Of a stretch of DNA of 64,000 bases, positions 37,944-47,796 are shown piece after piece. The notes below the pieces were generated by a model. It saw only the letters and a program-made list of their open reading frames with translations, searched no databases and had not been told where the DNA came from. Numbering within the stretch: position 1 is the stretch's first letter; each line of letters starts with the position of its first letter. Source of the DNA: a virus. The DNA is taken from IMG/VR virus record IMGVR_UViG_3300020530_000006. The stretch is one strand, 5' to 3'. A program made the position numbers and the translations under genes.

Positions 37944-38350
37944 AGACCTTAGATGGACAGATACAAAATTGGCAGTTGACAGGACATTTCGCTCATGCTA
38001 AACTAGAGAACAAGTCGTCTTTACATATCTCGGCAAGACAAATTTTGAAAAATAAATTTCCAACACTGCAAATACTAGAGGAAATACCCATACCTGTTAA
38101 AAAATCAGAAAGTTATTTTCTGGACTTTTATATACCTATGTTGAAAACAGCGATTGAAGTTCATGGTGAACAACACTATAAATTTGTGGCCTTTTATCAT
38201 AACAACCAATTGGGTTTTATAAAGTCTCAAAAAAGAGACAGAGAGAAAAAAGAATGGTGCGAAATTAACAATATTCAGTATATAGAACTACCTCATCACG
38301 AATCAGAGGAACAATGGGTCGAAAGGATATCAAGTGACAACAGAAACTAA
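37934..38350 (+). CDS. PD-(D/E)XK/Vsr-like endonuclease
   Basis: LDFYIP..AIEVHGEQHY...RDREK..WC. Confidence 0.8.
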   Translation: MQVKTLDGQIQNWQLTGHFAHAKLENKSSLHISARQILKNKFPTLQILEEIPIPVKKSESYFLDFYIPMLKTAIEVHGEQHYKFVAFYHNNQLGFIKSQKRDREKKEWCEINNIQYIELPHHESEEQWVERISSDNRN

Positions 38351-38834
38351 AAGCACATCTTCAGATCAAATAAATTATTGGGACAAAGTATTAGATGAAT
38401 ATGAAACCACTCTAGGACTGCCACAATATAATCCAAAGGTTTTGCCAGAAGAAGAACTTAATCAATACCTAACAATGGATAGAAACGTATTAGAAAAATT
38501 AACTCCGGAAGACTGTGCTCAAATATCTTATAGGCTAGGCCAGTTTTCTTTCCACATTCAAAGAACTATAAATAGAGAATTGGCTAGATTCAATTGGGCT
38601 GATGAGACACTTAAAGAAACCATAGCCGATGAGATTAATAATTATAAAGGTTATGGCTATATAGAAAAGGCTCCACAGGCTATTAAGCATAACGAAAAAG
38701 CATCAGCATTAAACAAAATAAAAAAATACGCTAAACAAAGATCAGATAGGCTGACATATATTTCCTCTTCGATTAAAAATTTATCCGATATTATATTATC
38801 AATTCAAAGAATGAAGGTTAAACATGGATCTTAA
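38334..38834 (+). CDS. helical protein, possible UvsY-like recombination mediator
   Basis: All-helical coiled-coil pattern downstream of recA; function inferred from context only. Confidence 0.55.
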   Translation: MTTETKSTSSDQINYWDKVLDEYETTLGLPQYNPKVLPEEELNQYLTMDRNVLEKLTPEDCAQISYRLGQFSFHIQRTINRELARFNWADETLKETIADEINNYKGYGYIEKAPQAIKHNEKASALNKIKKYAKQRSDRLTYISSSIKNLSDIILSIQRMKVKHGS

Positions 38835-39189
38835 TTTTAAAGACCCCGAACAAATTAAACAATTAATATCTTTATTAGAAAGTCTATTACCCCAAGAAAA
38901 AACAACAGAAGACTTTTCTCCAAATATAAAAACAAAAACACGATCTAGTAAAAGCACACAAAGCAACAATAAGTTTTTAAGTATGCCAGAATCTAAGATG
39001 CACAAAGAAGATATTGAAATAGATAAAAAGCTTTCTGTCAATGCTCCAACACCGAGAACTAGAAAATTTGAGGCTGTTGAAACAACGTGTCGCGTGTGTG
39101 GTAAAAAAGAGAAGGTTAGTCCAAATCTGATAGTTGATTCCATAGACAGATATAAATGTAACAAATGTTCTGGCTCCGCTGGAGGTTAA
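38824..39189 (+). CDS. C-terminal Zn-finger protein
   Basis: CRVCG...CNKC. Confidence 0.75.
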   Translation: MDLNFKDPEQIKQLISLLESLLPQEKTTEDFSPNIKTKTRSSKSTQSNNKFLSMPESKMHKEDIEIDKKLSVNAPTPRTRKFEAVETTCRVCGKKEKVSPNLIVDSIDRYKCNKCSGSAGG

Positions 39190-40662
39190 TTGAAAATGAT
39201 TTTGGCTGATCCATCCGCAGAAAGGGCTGTTCTTTCTGGAATTTGTAGATATGGTGAGTCTGTATATCTAGACGTAGCAGATATTTTACAAGACTCATCA
39301 TTTACTATTGATAGTAATAAGATAATATATAGTTGTATAAAGCATATATGTGATAAGCAAGAATCTTCTTCCATTGATATAGCTTCTATATATTCGGCCG
39401 CACAAGAAATAGGCGTTTCTCACGTTCTTTTGAAAAAAGAAGAAAGCCAACACTTAAAAGCTATTCTAGACTTTCCAGTAAACAGAGAAAATATACCTAA
39501 GTTTGCTGCAAAAATCAAAAAACTACAAATAGCCAGACTATTACATGAACAACTTGAAGCAGCGAAAGAAAAACTCTTAGATGTTAATGGTAGCGAACCT
39601 GTGTCTTCTATCTTGGCTATAGCCGAAGATACTGTTTTCGATTTTACTTCATTAATTAATGATACAGACAACAATCCTGTATTTATGGGCGATGGTATAT
39701 CCGAATATATACAAAACCTTATTGATAATCCTATTGATCAAGTTGGTATTCCAACAGGATTTCCAGTATATGATAGTGCTATAGGTGGAGGATTAAGAAG
39801 AAGCACTGTGAATGTTATAGCGGCTAGACCCAAAACAGGAAAAACTCTATTAGTAGACAATATGGGGTGGCATGTATCGACACTAGGGATACCTGTTCTT
39901 AATCTAGATACAGAAATGACCAAAGAAGACCATATTAATAGATTATTAGCTATGATAACAGAAACAGAAATAAACTCTATTGAAACTGGAAAATTTGCAA
40001 ATTCTCAAGATAAAAAATCTAAAATAGATAAAGCTGTTGATATGTTGAAGCAATCAAAAATATATTATAAGTCTATTGCTGGTAAACCATTTGAAGAACA
40101 ATTAGCCTTAATGCGCAGATGGATAGTTAAAGACGTTGGTTTAGAAGATGATGGATCGGCAAAACCCTGCGTAATATTTTATGACTATCTTAAACTTATG
40201 GATACTCAAGGTATGAGCCAGGACTTAAAAGAATATCAAGTCTTAGGCTTCATGATGACCGCCTTGCACAATTTTGCCACAAGATATAAGGTTCCTATTG
40301 TTGCTTTTGTTCAGCTTAATAGAGACGGTATTACAAAAGAAAGTACAGATACTGCTAGTGGATCAGATAGAATTATCTGGCTATGTAGTAATTTTACAAT
40401 TTTTAAACGCAAAAGTGATGACGAAATAGCAGAAGATGGTCCGAATGAAGGTAATAGAAAATTGGTTCCAATCATAAGCCGTCATGGCGGCGGTCTTGAT
40501 GACAATGATTATATTAACTGTCATATGAAGGGTTGGTGTGCAAAAATTACAGAAGGTAGAACAAAATTAGAAATAGCTAATAATATTGGGAGCAAAAATA
40601 ATAATGGTAATGACTTTACAATCGAAAATGAACCAGACAGCAAAAACATCCCGTTCATATGA
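39190..40662 (+). CDS. dnaB: replicative DNA helicase
   Basis: AERAVL, GIPTGF, AARPKTGKT, DTEM, DYLKLM, QLNR. Confidence 0.92.
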   Translation: MKMILADPSAERAVLSGICRYGESVYLDVADILQDSSFTIDSNKIIYSCIKHICDKQESSSIDIASIYSAAQEIGVSHVLLKKEESQHLKAILDFPVNRENIPKFAAKIKKLQIARLLHEQLEAAKEKLLDVNGSEPVSSILAIAEDTVFDFTSLINDTDNNPVFMGDGISEYIQNLIDNPIDQVGIPTGFPVYDSAIGGGLRRSTVNVIAARPKTGKTLLVDNMGWHVSTLGIPVLNLDTEMTKEDHINRLLAMITETEINSIETGKFANSQDKKSKIDKAVDMLKQSKIYYKSIAGKPFEEQLALMRRWIVKDVGLEDDGSAKPCVIFYDYLKLMDTQGMSQDLKEYQVLGFMMTALHNFATRYKVPIVAFVQLNRDGITKESTDTASGSDRIIWLCSNFTIFKRKSDDEIAEDGPNEGNRKLVPIISRHGGGLDDNDYINCHMKGWCAKITEGRTKLEIANNIGSKNNNGNDFTIENEPDSKNIPFI

Positions 40663-41773
40663 TCAGGACCAATTAAAGGTTATATGCGATAGCTTATGTG
40701 ATAAGATAGAATCTTTATTTGAGGTCTTATCTATAGACGATGTACATCATAATGGTAAGATGTATGTTGGATGTTGTCCAATACATAATGGAGACAATAA
40801 GAGCGCTTTTAATCTATATCCAGATGGAGATACGTATAGAGGCAATTGGAAGTGTAGAACACACAATTGTGAAAGATATTTCAAAGCATCTATAATTGGA
40901 TTTATTCGTGGTGTTTTGTCGAATAAAAAACATAATTGGGAAAATAACACAAATAAAAGCGTAGGTTTTCAAGAAACTATGGAATTCATAGAAAAATTTC
41001 TTGGAGACGATTTAAAGAACATAAAAATATCTAAAACCCAAAAAGAGAAAAATAGATTCTCTTCTGCAATAAGTCATATTACACAAAAAGATATTGATTA
41101 TGTTTCACAAATTAGTCGAAGCAGTATAAGAAAATCATTAATAATTCCTGCTCAGTATTTTATAAACAGGGGATTTAGTTCAAAAATTTTAGATAAATAC
41201 GACGTAGGACTCTGTGACAAAAAAGAAAAAGAAATGTATAATCGTGCTGTCGCACCTATCTACGACATTGATCATAAATATATGGTTGGTTGTACTGGTC
41301 GTAGCATTTTTAACAAATGCTCTTTATGTGAATCATATCATGACGAAAATAATTCCTGTCCATCTGAAGAAGATAGATGGAAATTTCCAAAATGGAAACA
41401 CAACTACCAATTCAAAAGTCAAAACCATTTATACAACATATGGTTTGCAAAAACCAAAATTCTTGAAACCACAAAAGTAATCTTAGTAGAAAGTCCAGGC
41501 AATGTTTGGCGTCTAGAAGAATGTGGAATACAAAACTCTGTTGCTCTGTTTGGGGCAAATTTGAGCGATAGACAAAAAATGTTATTGGATGGTTCTGGCG
41601 CTATGACTATTATTACCATAATGGATAATGATGATGCTGGTCAAAAAGCCGCATCTCTTATAAAAGATAAATGCAAAAATACATACAATATTATGAATCT
41701 AAATATTAGTAAACCAGATATAGCCGAAATGTCGGAAGAAGAAATTAACAAAGAAATAAAGGCATACGTATGA
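40628..41773 (+). CDS. dnaG: DnaG-like primase (Zn finger + TOPRIM)
   Basis: CPIH..D..SAF..WKCRTHNC; LVES; MDNDDAG. Confidence 0.85.
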   Translation: MNQTAKTSRSYDQDQLKVICDSLCDKIESLFEVLSIDDVHHNGKMYVGCCPIHNGDNKSAFNLYPDGDTYRGNWKCRTHNCERYFKASIIGFIRGVLSNKKHNWENNTNKSVGFQETMEFIEKFLGDDLKNIKISKTQKEKNRFSSAISHITQKDIDYVSQISRSSIRKSLIIPAQYFINRGFSSKILDKYDVGLCDKKEKEMYNRAVAPIYDIDHKYMVGCTGRSIFNKCSLCESYHDENNSCPSEEDRWKFPKWKHNYQFKSQNHLYNIWFAKTKILETTKVILVESPGNVWRLEECGIQNSVALFGANLSDRQKMLLDGSGAMTIITIMDNDDAGQKAASLIKDKCKNTYNIMNLNISKPDIAEMSEEEINKEIKAYV

Positions 41774-42357
41774 CTATGATATTAGGTTTTGCCGGAAGAA
41801 AACAATCTGGTAAAACTACCTGCTCAGAATTTGTTCTAAGTTATTTTAATGGAATACTTAATAGTGCTAAAATATATAATTTTGCGGATCCTCTTAAAAA
41901 AGATATCTGCATGAATATACTAGGTTTAACTTATGAACAATGTTATGGGGAAGATATAGATAAAAATACTATTACAAATATTCAATGGGATGGCAAAAGT
42001 CTCACAGCACGAGAAGTAATGCAATTTATTGGAACAGATATCTTTAGAAAAATGAAAACAGATGTTTGGACTAACGCAACAATCAATAGAATTAATCAAG
42101 AAAAATCAAAACTAGCCATAATTGCTGATTGTAGATTTCCTAATGAAGTAGAATCGATTAAATCTGCTGGTGGATTAGTTATAAAGCTTATGAGAAATCC
42201 ATATAATTCTGATCATGATAGTGAAACTTCTCTTGATACGCACAACTATGATCATGACAATTTTGATTTAGTTTTACACAATAATGTGTTGGGAATAGCT
42301 GATCAAAACAATATAATTTTAGAATTTTTAAAACATAAAGGAATAGTACCATTATAA
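41770..42357 (+). CDS. deoxynucleoside monophosphate kinase
   Basis: GRKQSGKTT, FADPLK, REVMQFIGT, DCRFPNE, H.SE. Confidence 0.88.
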   Translation: MTMILGFAGRKQSGKTTCSEFVLSYFNGILNSAKIYNFADPLKKDICMNILGLTYEQCYGEDIDKNTITNIQWDGKSLTAREVMQFIGTDIFRKMKTDVWTNATINRINQEKSKLAIIADCRFPNEVESIKSAGGLVIKLMRNPYNSDHDSETSLDTHNYDHDNFDLVLHNNVLGIADQNNIILEFLKHKGIVPL

Positions 42358-43397
42358 TCACATATTTTAGAAGTAGTTCTTTTAACACACATAATATGTG
42401 TGAACAGCAATATTTTATGGAATATGTACTTGGGTGGCGTGGCCCTTCAAATAAAAAAGCAGACAAAGGTACTATAGTACATAAAGTTTTAGAAGTTTTA
42501 GCAGATATTAAACTAGCACAGCAAAATAAAAAAAGTAAAATTGTTGATGATATTTTAAAAGAGATTGATACACAGAACTATTCTTTAAACGATATCATAG
42601 AACAAGTTTATGATTTTTATACCAAACAATTTGGTCATCACGAATGGTCAAGCAAAGACTTCTCTGATTGTAAACTATGGTGTCAAAAAGTAATTGATTT
42701 TAATGGTGGCATGTTTGATCCAAGAAATAGACAAATTCTTCAACCAGAACAACATTTTGATATAGTTATAGATAAACCTTGGTCAAAATATAGTTATAAA
42801 ACTGACGAAGGAGATCTGGATGGAAATTTGGCTTTAAAAGGCACTATTGACTTGATCACCAGGATCGACGATAATACTATAGAAGTCATAGACTGGAAAA
42901 CAGGCAAAAGGCTGGACTGGGCAACAGGACAAGAAAAAACTCACGCAAAACTACAAAACGATCCACAGTTAATGATATATCACTATGCTATAAGTCAAAT
43001 ATTTCCAGAATACGACCATATCATAGTTACAATTTACTTTATCAATGATGGTGGTCCGTTTTCAATAATGTTTGATAAGAGCGATCTTGCTAGAACAGAA
43101 AATATGTTAAGAAATAAGTTTGAGATTATAAAAAAGACAAAAAAGCCAAGACTACATAAAACATGGATGTGTAGTAAGCTTTGTCATTTTGGTAAAACCA
43201 CTTTTGAAGACAACAGTAATATAAAACCCATTGTCGAGTACAGAGATAACCAACCCTGTAACATTGGCTATAATATGACAAAATGTGAACAGGTTAAACA
43301 CGAAATCGAAATCAAAGGGATAGATCAGGTAATATCTGAATATAAAAACCCACAACATAACTTTGGTAAATATAAAGCCCCAGGATCAATAGAATGA
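42351..43397 (+). CDS. Cas4/AddB-like PD-(D/E)XK exonuclease (probable ATT start; first ATG at 42396)
   Basis: SSS....C.QQYF, G...H..LE, GTIDL, IDWKTG, QLMIY, C-terminal CSKLC...C. Confidence 0.85.
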   Translation: MIITYFRSSSFNTHNMCEQQYFMEYVLGWRGPSNKKADKGTIVHKVLEVLADIKLAQQNKKSKIVDDILKEIDTQNYSLNDIIEQVYDFYTKQFGHHEWSSKDFSDCKLWCQKVIDFNGGMFDPRNRQILQPEQHFDIVIDKPWSKYSYKTDEGDLDGNLALKGTIDLITRIDDNTIEVIDWKTGKRLDWATGQEKTHAKLQNDPQLMIYHYAISQIFPEYDHIIVTIYFINDGGPFSIMFDKSDLARTENMLRNKFEIIKKTKKPRLHKTWMCSKLCHFGKTTFEDNSNIKPIVEYRDNQPCNIGYNMTKCEQVKHEIEIKGIDQVISEYKNPQHNFGKYKAPGSIE

Positions 43398-45262
43398 AAT
43401 ATAATCCGTTACATTGTCACTCAATGTATTCTTTGCTTGATGGTCTTTCAAAACCATCACAGATTGCGTCCCGATGTGTTGATATTGAAGCTAAAGCATG
43501 TGCATTAACAGATCACGGAAATATAGCCGGAGCAATTAAATTTCATAAGGCGATGACTAAAGTTGGAGTAAAACCAATTCTTGGTTGTGAGATCTATTTG
43601 TGTGACAAAGACGCAACAGATCAAACCAAAGACAATAAAAGTCTCACACACTTTCTTATTTTGGCCAAAAATATAAAAGGTTGGAAAAAATTAATTAGTC
43701 TTGTGTCAGAATCTAATAGGCCCGATTTTTTTTATCATAAGCCAAGACTAGATTTAAATAATCTGGCAAGATTTATAGATGGTAATCTTATAGGATTTTG
43801 TGGACACCTAGGCTCTCTTGTTGCGGATAAAATAATTGATAACGATAAGATTAATCCCGATTGGAAAAATATTGGTAGTTCAATTGTTAACAAATTAAAG
43901 AATATCTTTGGTAATGATAATTTTTTTCTAGAAGCACAATTAATGGATGTGGTTAATACTCCAATACAAAAAAACTTAACAGATGTAATAAGAGAACTTG
44001 GCAAGATTACAGATACTAAAGTAATATGCACACCAGATGCTCATTATGCGAAAAAAGAGGATGCCTCTGATCAAAGAATATTGCTTTGTAATAACTTAAA
44101 AACAACACTGCCTGATATAAGCAGAAAAATAGCAAATAATCAAGATGTTCCATTGGGTTGTTTCTTTAATTCTGACAACTTTCATATTTTATCTCAAGAA
44201 GAGATGTCGGATATGCACACAGAAGAAGAGATTGCTAATACTCAATTAATTGCTGATATGTGTGAAGAATATGATATTACAAGCCGTCCAAAGCTACCTC
44301 CTTTTGATTGTAAGCCTAATCCAGACGAATTTTTAAGACAATTATGTAGAGATGGCTGGAAAGATAAGATAGCTAATTTCATAACAAAGGAAAAACAAGA
44401 AGAATATGTTGATAGAATTAAGTATGAACTAGGAATTTTACAAGGGGCTGGGTTGAGTAGTTACTTTCTAATAGTACAAGATATTGTGCGATATATTAGA
44501 AATAGCAATTGGCTTCCAGGTCCAGGAAGAGGTAGTGCCGCTGGATGTCTTGTTTCTTACTTAATAGGAATAACTAGTATTGATCCAATAAAATATAGTT
44601 TACTTTTTGATAGATTTTACAACTCCGGACGCAACACTAGTGACCGAGTTAGTATGCCAGATATTGATGTGGACGTTCCTATAGAAAAAAGAGAAAACAT
44701 TATAGACTATATCAAAAATAAATATGGGCAAAACCAAGTTTCTCAAATGGTTACTTTTAATACCATCAAAGGTAGAGGCGCTATAAAAGATGTATTAAGA
44801 GTCTATGGGAATATAGGTTTTGATGAAATGAATAAAATTACAAAAAATATTCCGGACGAAGCAAAAATTGCTGACGAACTACAAGAAATGAAAGATGAAA
44901 CTGGAGAAGCTTCTATCATAAGATGGTCGTTAGAAAACGAGTCCGACAAACTTAAAGATTGGTGCTTTATTGACGATAATAATGAACTACAAGGGCCTCT
45001 TGCCAAGCGATTTGAACAGGCTATAAGATTAGAGGGCACCAAGGTGAACCAGTCAAAACATGCCGCTGGGGTTGCAATAGCTGATGAAAACCTATCAGAT
45101 ATTTGTCCAATGATATATGATACCAAAAGCGAAACAAAAATAGCTGGTATGGAAATGGAAGATCTAGAAAATATCGGTGTTGTTAAATTCGATATTTTAG
45201 GTGTTGCTATGTTAGATAAAATTATGTTTATTTCAGAATACTTAAAAACGGAGGGACTATAA
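43394..45262 (+). CDS. dnaE: DNA polymerase III alpha, N-terminal part (PHP + palm/thumb)
   Basis: LHCHSMYSLLDG, LTDHGN, DAHY, GPGRGSAAG, PDIDVD, HAAG, KFDILG. Confidence 0.93.
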   Translation: MKYNPLHCHSMYSLLDGLSKPSQIASRCVDIEAKACALTDHGNIAGAIKFHKAMTKVGVKPILGCEIYLCDKDATDQTKDNKSLTHFLILAKNIKGWKKLISLVSESNRPDFFYHKPRLDLNNLARFIDGNLIGFCGHLGSLVADKIIDNDKINPDWKNIGSSIVNKLKNIFGNDNFFLEAQLMDVVNTPIQKNLTDVIRELGKITDTKVICTPDAHYAKKEDASDQRILLCNNLKTTLPDISRKIANNQDVPLGCFFNSDNFHILSQEEMSDMHTEEEIANTQLIADMCEEYDITSRPKLPPFDCKPNPDEFLRQLCRDGWKDKIANFITKEKQEEYVDRIKYELGILQGAGLSSYFLIVQDIVRYIRNSNWLPGPGRGSAAGCLVSYLIGITSIDPIKYSLLFDRFYNSGRNTSDRVSMPDIDVDVPIEKRENIIDYIKNKYGQNQVSQMVTFNTIKGRGAIKDVLRVYGNIGFDEMNKITKNIPDEAKIADELQEMKDETGEASIIRWSLENESDKLKDWCFIDDNNELQGPLAKRFEQAIRLEGTKVNQSKHAAGVAIADENLSDICPMIYDTKSETKIAGMEMEDLENIGVVKFDILGVAMLDKIMFISEYLKTEGL

Positions 45263-45264
45263 TT

Positions 45265-45444
45265 ATGAAGTTTCATGAGCTTGCTGTTGGAGAAAAATTT
45301 AAAATGAACAATCTAGAATATCAAAAAATTCCTGAAGTTAAACTTAGTTGTTGCAAGATTAAAGAGAATGCTCAATCTTCTAGCGACGGATCTAAGATTG
45401 TTGTGAAGCCACTGGACGAAGTAGAAAGAATTGCTCAAAACTAA
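45265..45444 (+). CDS. 59-aa protein between the dnaE halves (absent from ORF track)
   Basis: MKFHELAVGEKFKMNNLEYQKIPEVKLSCCKIKENAQSSSDGSKIVVKPLDEVERIAQN; GGAGGG SD; 2-nt gaps on both sides. Confidence 0.75.
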   Translation: MKFHELAVGEKFKMNNLEYQKIPEVKLSCCKIKENAQSSSDGSKIVVKPLDEVERIAQN

Positions 45445-45446
45445 AT

Positions 45447-46142
45447 ATGTTAACCAAAAAAATTTGCGTATTCGACTTTGAAACCGACGGATCAGATCCG
45501 TATGTCTGTAGTCCGGTTCAGTTATCTGCTGTTATTGTAGATCCGATTAAACTTGATATTATACCAGGATCAGAGTTTAATGTCTTTTTCAAGCCAGAGG
45601 TAATAGAAAAAGATCCAGATTATCAATATACAACAGATATTATTGATTTTCATTCTAGAGTAAAAGGATGTTCTCAAGAAGAGATATATAAACAATGGCA
45701 AGAATATCCTTCTCAAGAAATATCTTGGACATCGTTTATAAACTATTTAGAAAAATACCATTGCGGTGGCAGGAAAAAGAAAAATATGTTTTCTGCTCCA
45801 ATAGCCGCTGGATACAATATCAATAGGTTTGATTTAAAAATTATAAACAGACTATCAGAAAAATATAAAAATCTAGAGACAAAAGAGAATGTATCTAATC
45901 TTTTTTATCCTAGAGACGTAATAGATATTATGAATTTAGTATTTTATTGGTTTGAAAATTTAGATATAAAAAGCTATTCATTAGATAATGTTCGAGATTT
46001 CTTAGGGATAGATAAAGAAGGAGCGCATGATGCTGTGAAGGACGTTATAGATTCCGCAAATATCCTTATAAGATTTTTAAGACTACATAGAAATTTATCG
46101 TCAAAGATTAAGTTCAAAGGATCTTTTACTAATGCTAGCTAA
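45447..46142 (+). CDS. DEDDh 3'-5' exonuclease (DnaQ/epsilon-like)
   Basis: VFDFET, AGYN..FD, HDAVKD. Confidence 0.9.
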   Translation: MLTKKICVFDFETDGSDPYVCSPVQLSAVIVDPIKLDIIPGSEFNVFFKPEVIEKDPDYQYTTDIIDFHSRVKGCSQEEIYKQWQEYPSQEISWTSFINYLEKYHCGGRKKKNMFSAPIAAGYNINRFDLKIINRLSEKYKNLETKENVSNLFYPRDVIDIMNLVFYWFENLDIKSYSLDNVRDFLGIDKEGAHDAVKDVIDSANILIRFLRLHRNLSSKIKFKGSFTNAS

Positions 46143-47724
46143 GTATGAGTGTGGATGTTCTTTTAGAATATCAGATTCCGAAGACCGAAATAAGATCATT
46201 TACGACACAAACGATATAAATTTTGATTGTGTAAAAACTTGGGACCTTCTAGCAGACGGAAATACAAAAGGAGTATTTCAGTTAGAGTCTCGACTTGGAC
46301 AAAGTATGTCAAAAAAACTAAAACCAGAAAATATAGAACAATTATCTGCGTTGATTAGTATTATGAGGCCGGGATGCTTAGAGGCTTTTAGGGAAGGAAA
46401 AAGCGTAAGTAATCATTTTATAGACAAAAAAAATGGATCAGAATCTATAGATTATTTTAATGAGGCTCTTGAGCCTATACTAAAAAACACTTATGGAGAA
46501 ATGGTCTATCAGGAACAGGCTATGGAAATAGCTAAAGATATAGCCGGTTTTAATTTGCAAGAAGCAGATATGCTTAGAAAAGCCATTGGCAAGAAAAGGC
46601 CAGAAGAAATGGCAAAAATCAAAAATAAATTCATTGACGGCTGTAAAAAGATAAATAAGGTTTCTGTTGATGAGGCAGAGCAGATATTCGGATGGATAGA
46701 AAAAAGCCAAAGATATTCTTTTAATAAGAGTCATGCGGTAAGCTATGCTGTTAATGCTTATATCTCTGCGTTCGCAAAGGCTCATTTTCCATTAGTCTTT
46801 TTCTTATCGTATTTAAGATTAGCAAAAGATAAAATTAAGCCACACGAAGAAATATTAGAGTTGATTATTAACGCAAAAACGATGGGGATCTATGTCTTTG
46901 GTCCAGATCTGAGATTAAAGAATAAGGACTTTGTTATTAATGATACAAAGATATACTTTGGTTTGACCAATATAAAAGGTCTTGGAGATGCGGTATTTAT
47001 TAAATTGTTTGATCTAATCAAAGATAAAGATCTTTATCAGTATGCTTGGTTGAATATGCTATTTGAGGTTCTACTAAATATTAACAGTACCGCCGCAAAA
47101 GCACTAATATCTTCTGGGGCTTTAGACTATTATAAAATATCTAGAAATAAAATGTTGCATGAATATATAATGGTTTCCGAATTAACCAATAAAGAAATAG
47201 CTATATGTCTACAAAGCGAAATAAAAAATACAGAGCTAAAAAATATTCTGAGATTTTTACTAACCCAAAAGGTAAGCAAACCAAGACAACAAAAGGTTTT
47301 ATCTCTTATTAATCAACTAGAAAACCCATCTTATAGTCTAGAAGATAGTATAGAATGGCTATCGGATAACGAGAGAGAACTACTAGGAGCATCTATTACC
47401 TGTACAAAAACAGATTCTTACGATTCTTCGTATGCTAACACAGATTGTGGTAATATACAATCTTTTAATACAGACAAGCAGTTTTTTATTGTAGCCGAAA
47501 TAGATGGATACAATGTTATAAAAACAAAAAGAGGGAAAAATCCAGGACAGGAAATGTGCTTTCTAAAACTATCAGATTCTTATGGAAGCATAGATTGTGT
47601 TGTTTTTCCGGATGAATATTCGGAAATGAAAAATTTATTAGAAATTGGAAGAGTTTTAATGTTTAATGGTCAAAAATCAAAAAAAGACCATACACCAGTT
47701 GTAAAAAAATGTTTTGTTGTTTGA
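46132..47724 (+). CDS. dnaE: DNA polymerase III alpha, C-terminal part (fingers, HhH, OB)
   Basis: GVFQLES, RPG, YQEQ, ADMLRKAIGKK, YSFNKSHAVSY, FGLTNIKGLG, MCFLKLSD.YGSIDCVVF. Confidence 0.92.
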   Translation: MLAKYECGCSFRISDSEDRNKIIYDTNDINFDCVKTWDLLADGNTKGVFQLESRLGQSMSKKLKPENIEQLSALISIMRPGCLEAFREGKSVSNHFIDKKNGSESIDYFNEALEPILKNTYGEMVYQEQAMEIAKDIAGFNLQEADMLRKAIGKKRPEEMAKIKNKFIDGCKKINKVSVDEAEQIFGWIEKSQRYSFNKSHAVSYAVNAYISAFAKAHFPLVFFLSYLRLAKDKIKPHEEILELIINAKTMGIYVFGPDLRLKNKDFVINDTKIYFGLTNIKGLGDAVFIKLFDLIKDKDLYQYAWLNMLFEVLLNINSTAAKALISSGALDYYKISRNKMLHEYIMVSELTNKEIAICLQSEIKNTELKNILRFLLTQKVSKPRQQKVLSLINQLENPSYSLEDSIEWLSDNERELLGASITCTKTDSYDSSYANTDCGNIQSFNTDKQFFIVAEIDGYNVIKTKRGKNPGQEMCFLKLSDSYGSIDCVVFPDEYSEMKNLLEIGRVLMFNGQKSKKDHTPVVKKCFVV

Positions 47725-47725
47725 C

Positions 47726-47753
47726 TTGACTTTGGCGAATTTTCGTTTATATT
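47726..47753 (+). promoter_or_regulatory. sigma70-type promoter of ssb
   Basis: TTGACT-N16-TATATT; AAGGAG SD downstream. Confidence 0.6.
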
Positions 47754-47796
47754 AAAGTAATGGTTTTGAATTTTAGCAAAAATAAGGAGTTGATAC

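Noticed and set aside
42351-43397. Cas4 as evidence of a CRISPR-Cas system
   Set aside because: No cas1/cas2 or array; solo Cas4-like nucleases are common in phage replication modules
45262-46132. Split intein or group I intron in dnaE
   Set aside because: No intein N- or C-terminal motifs, FNKSH site uninterrupted, and the intervening DNA is fully coding with 2-nt gaps
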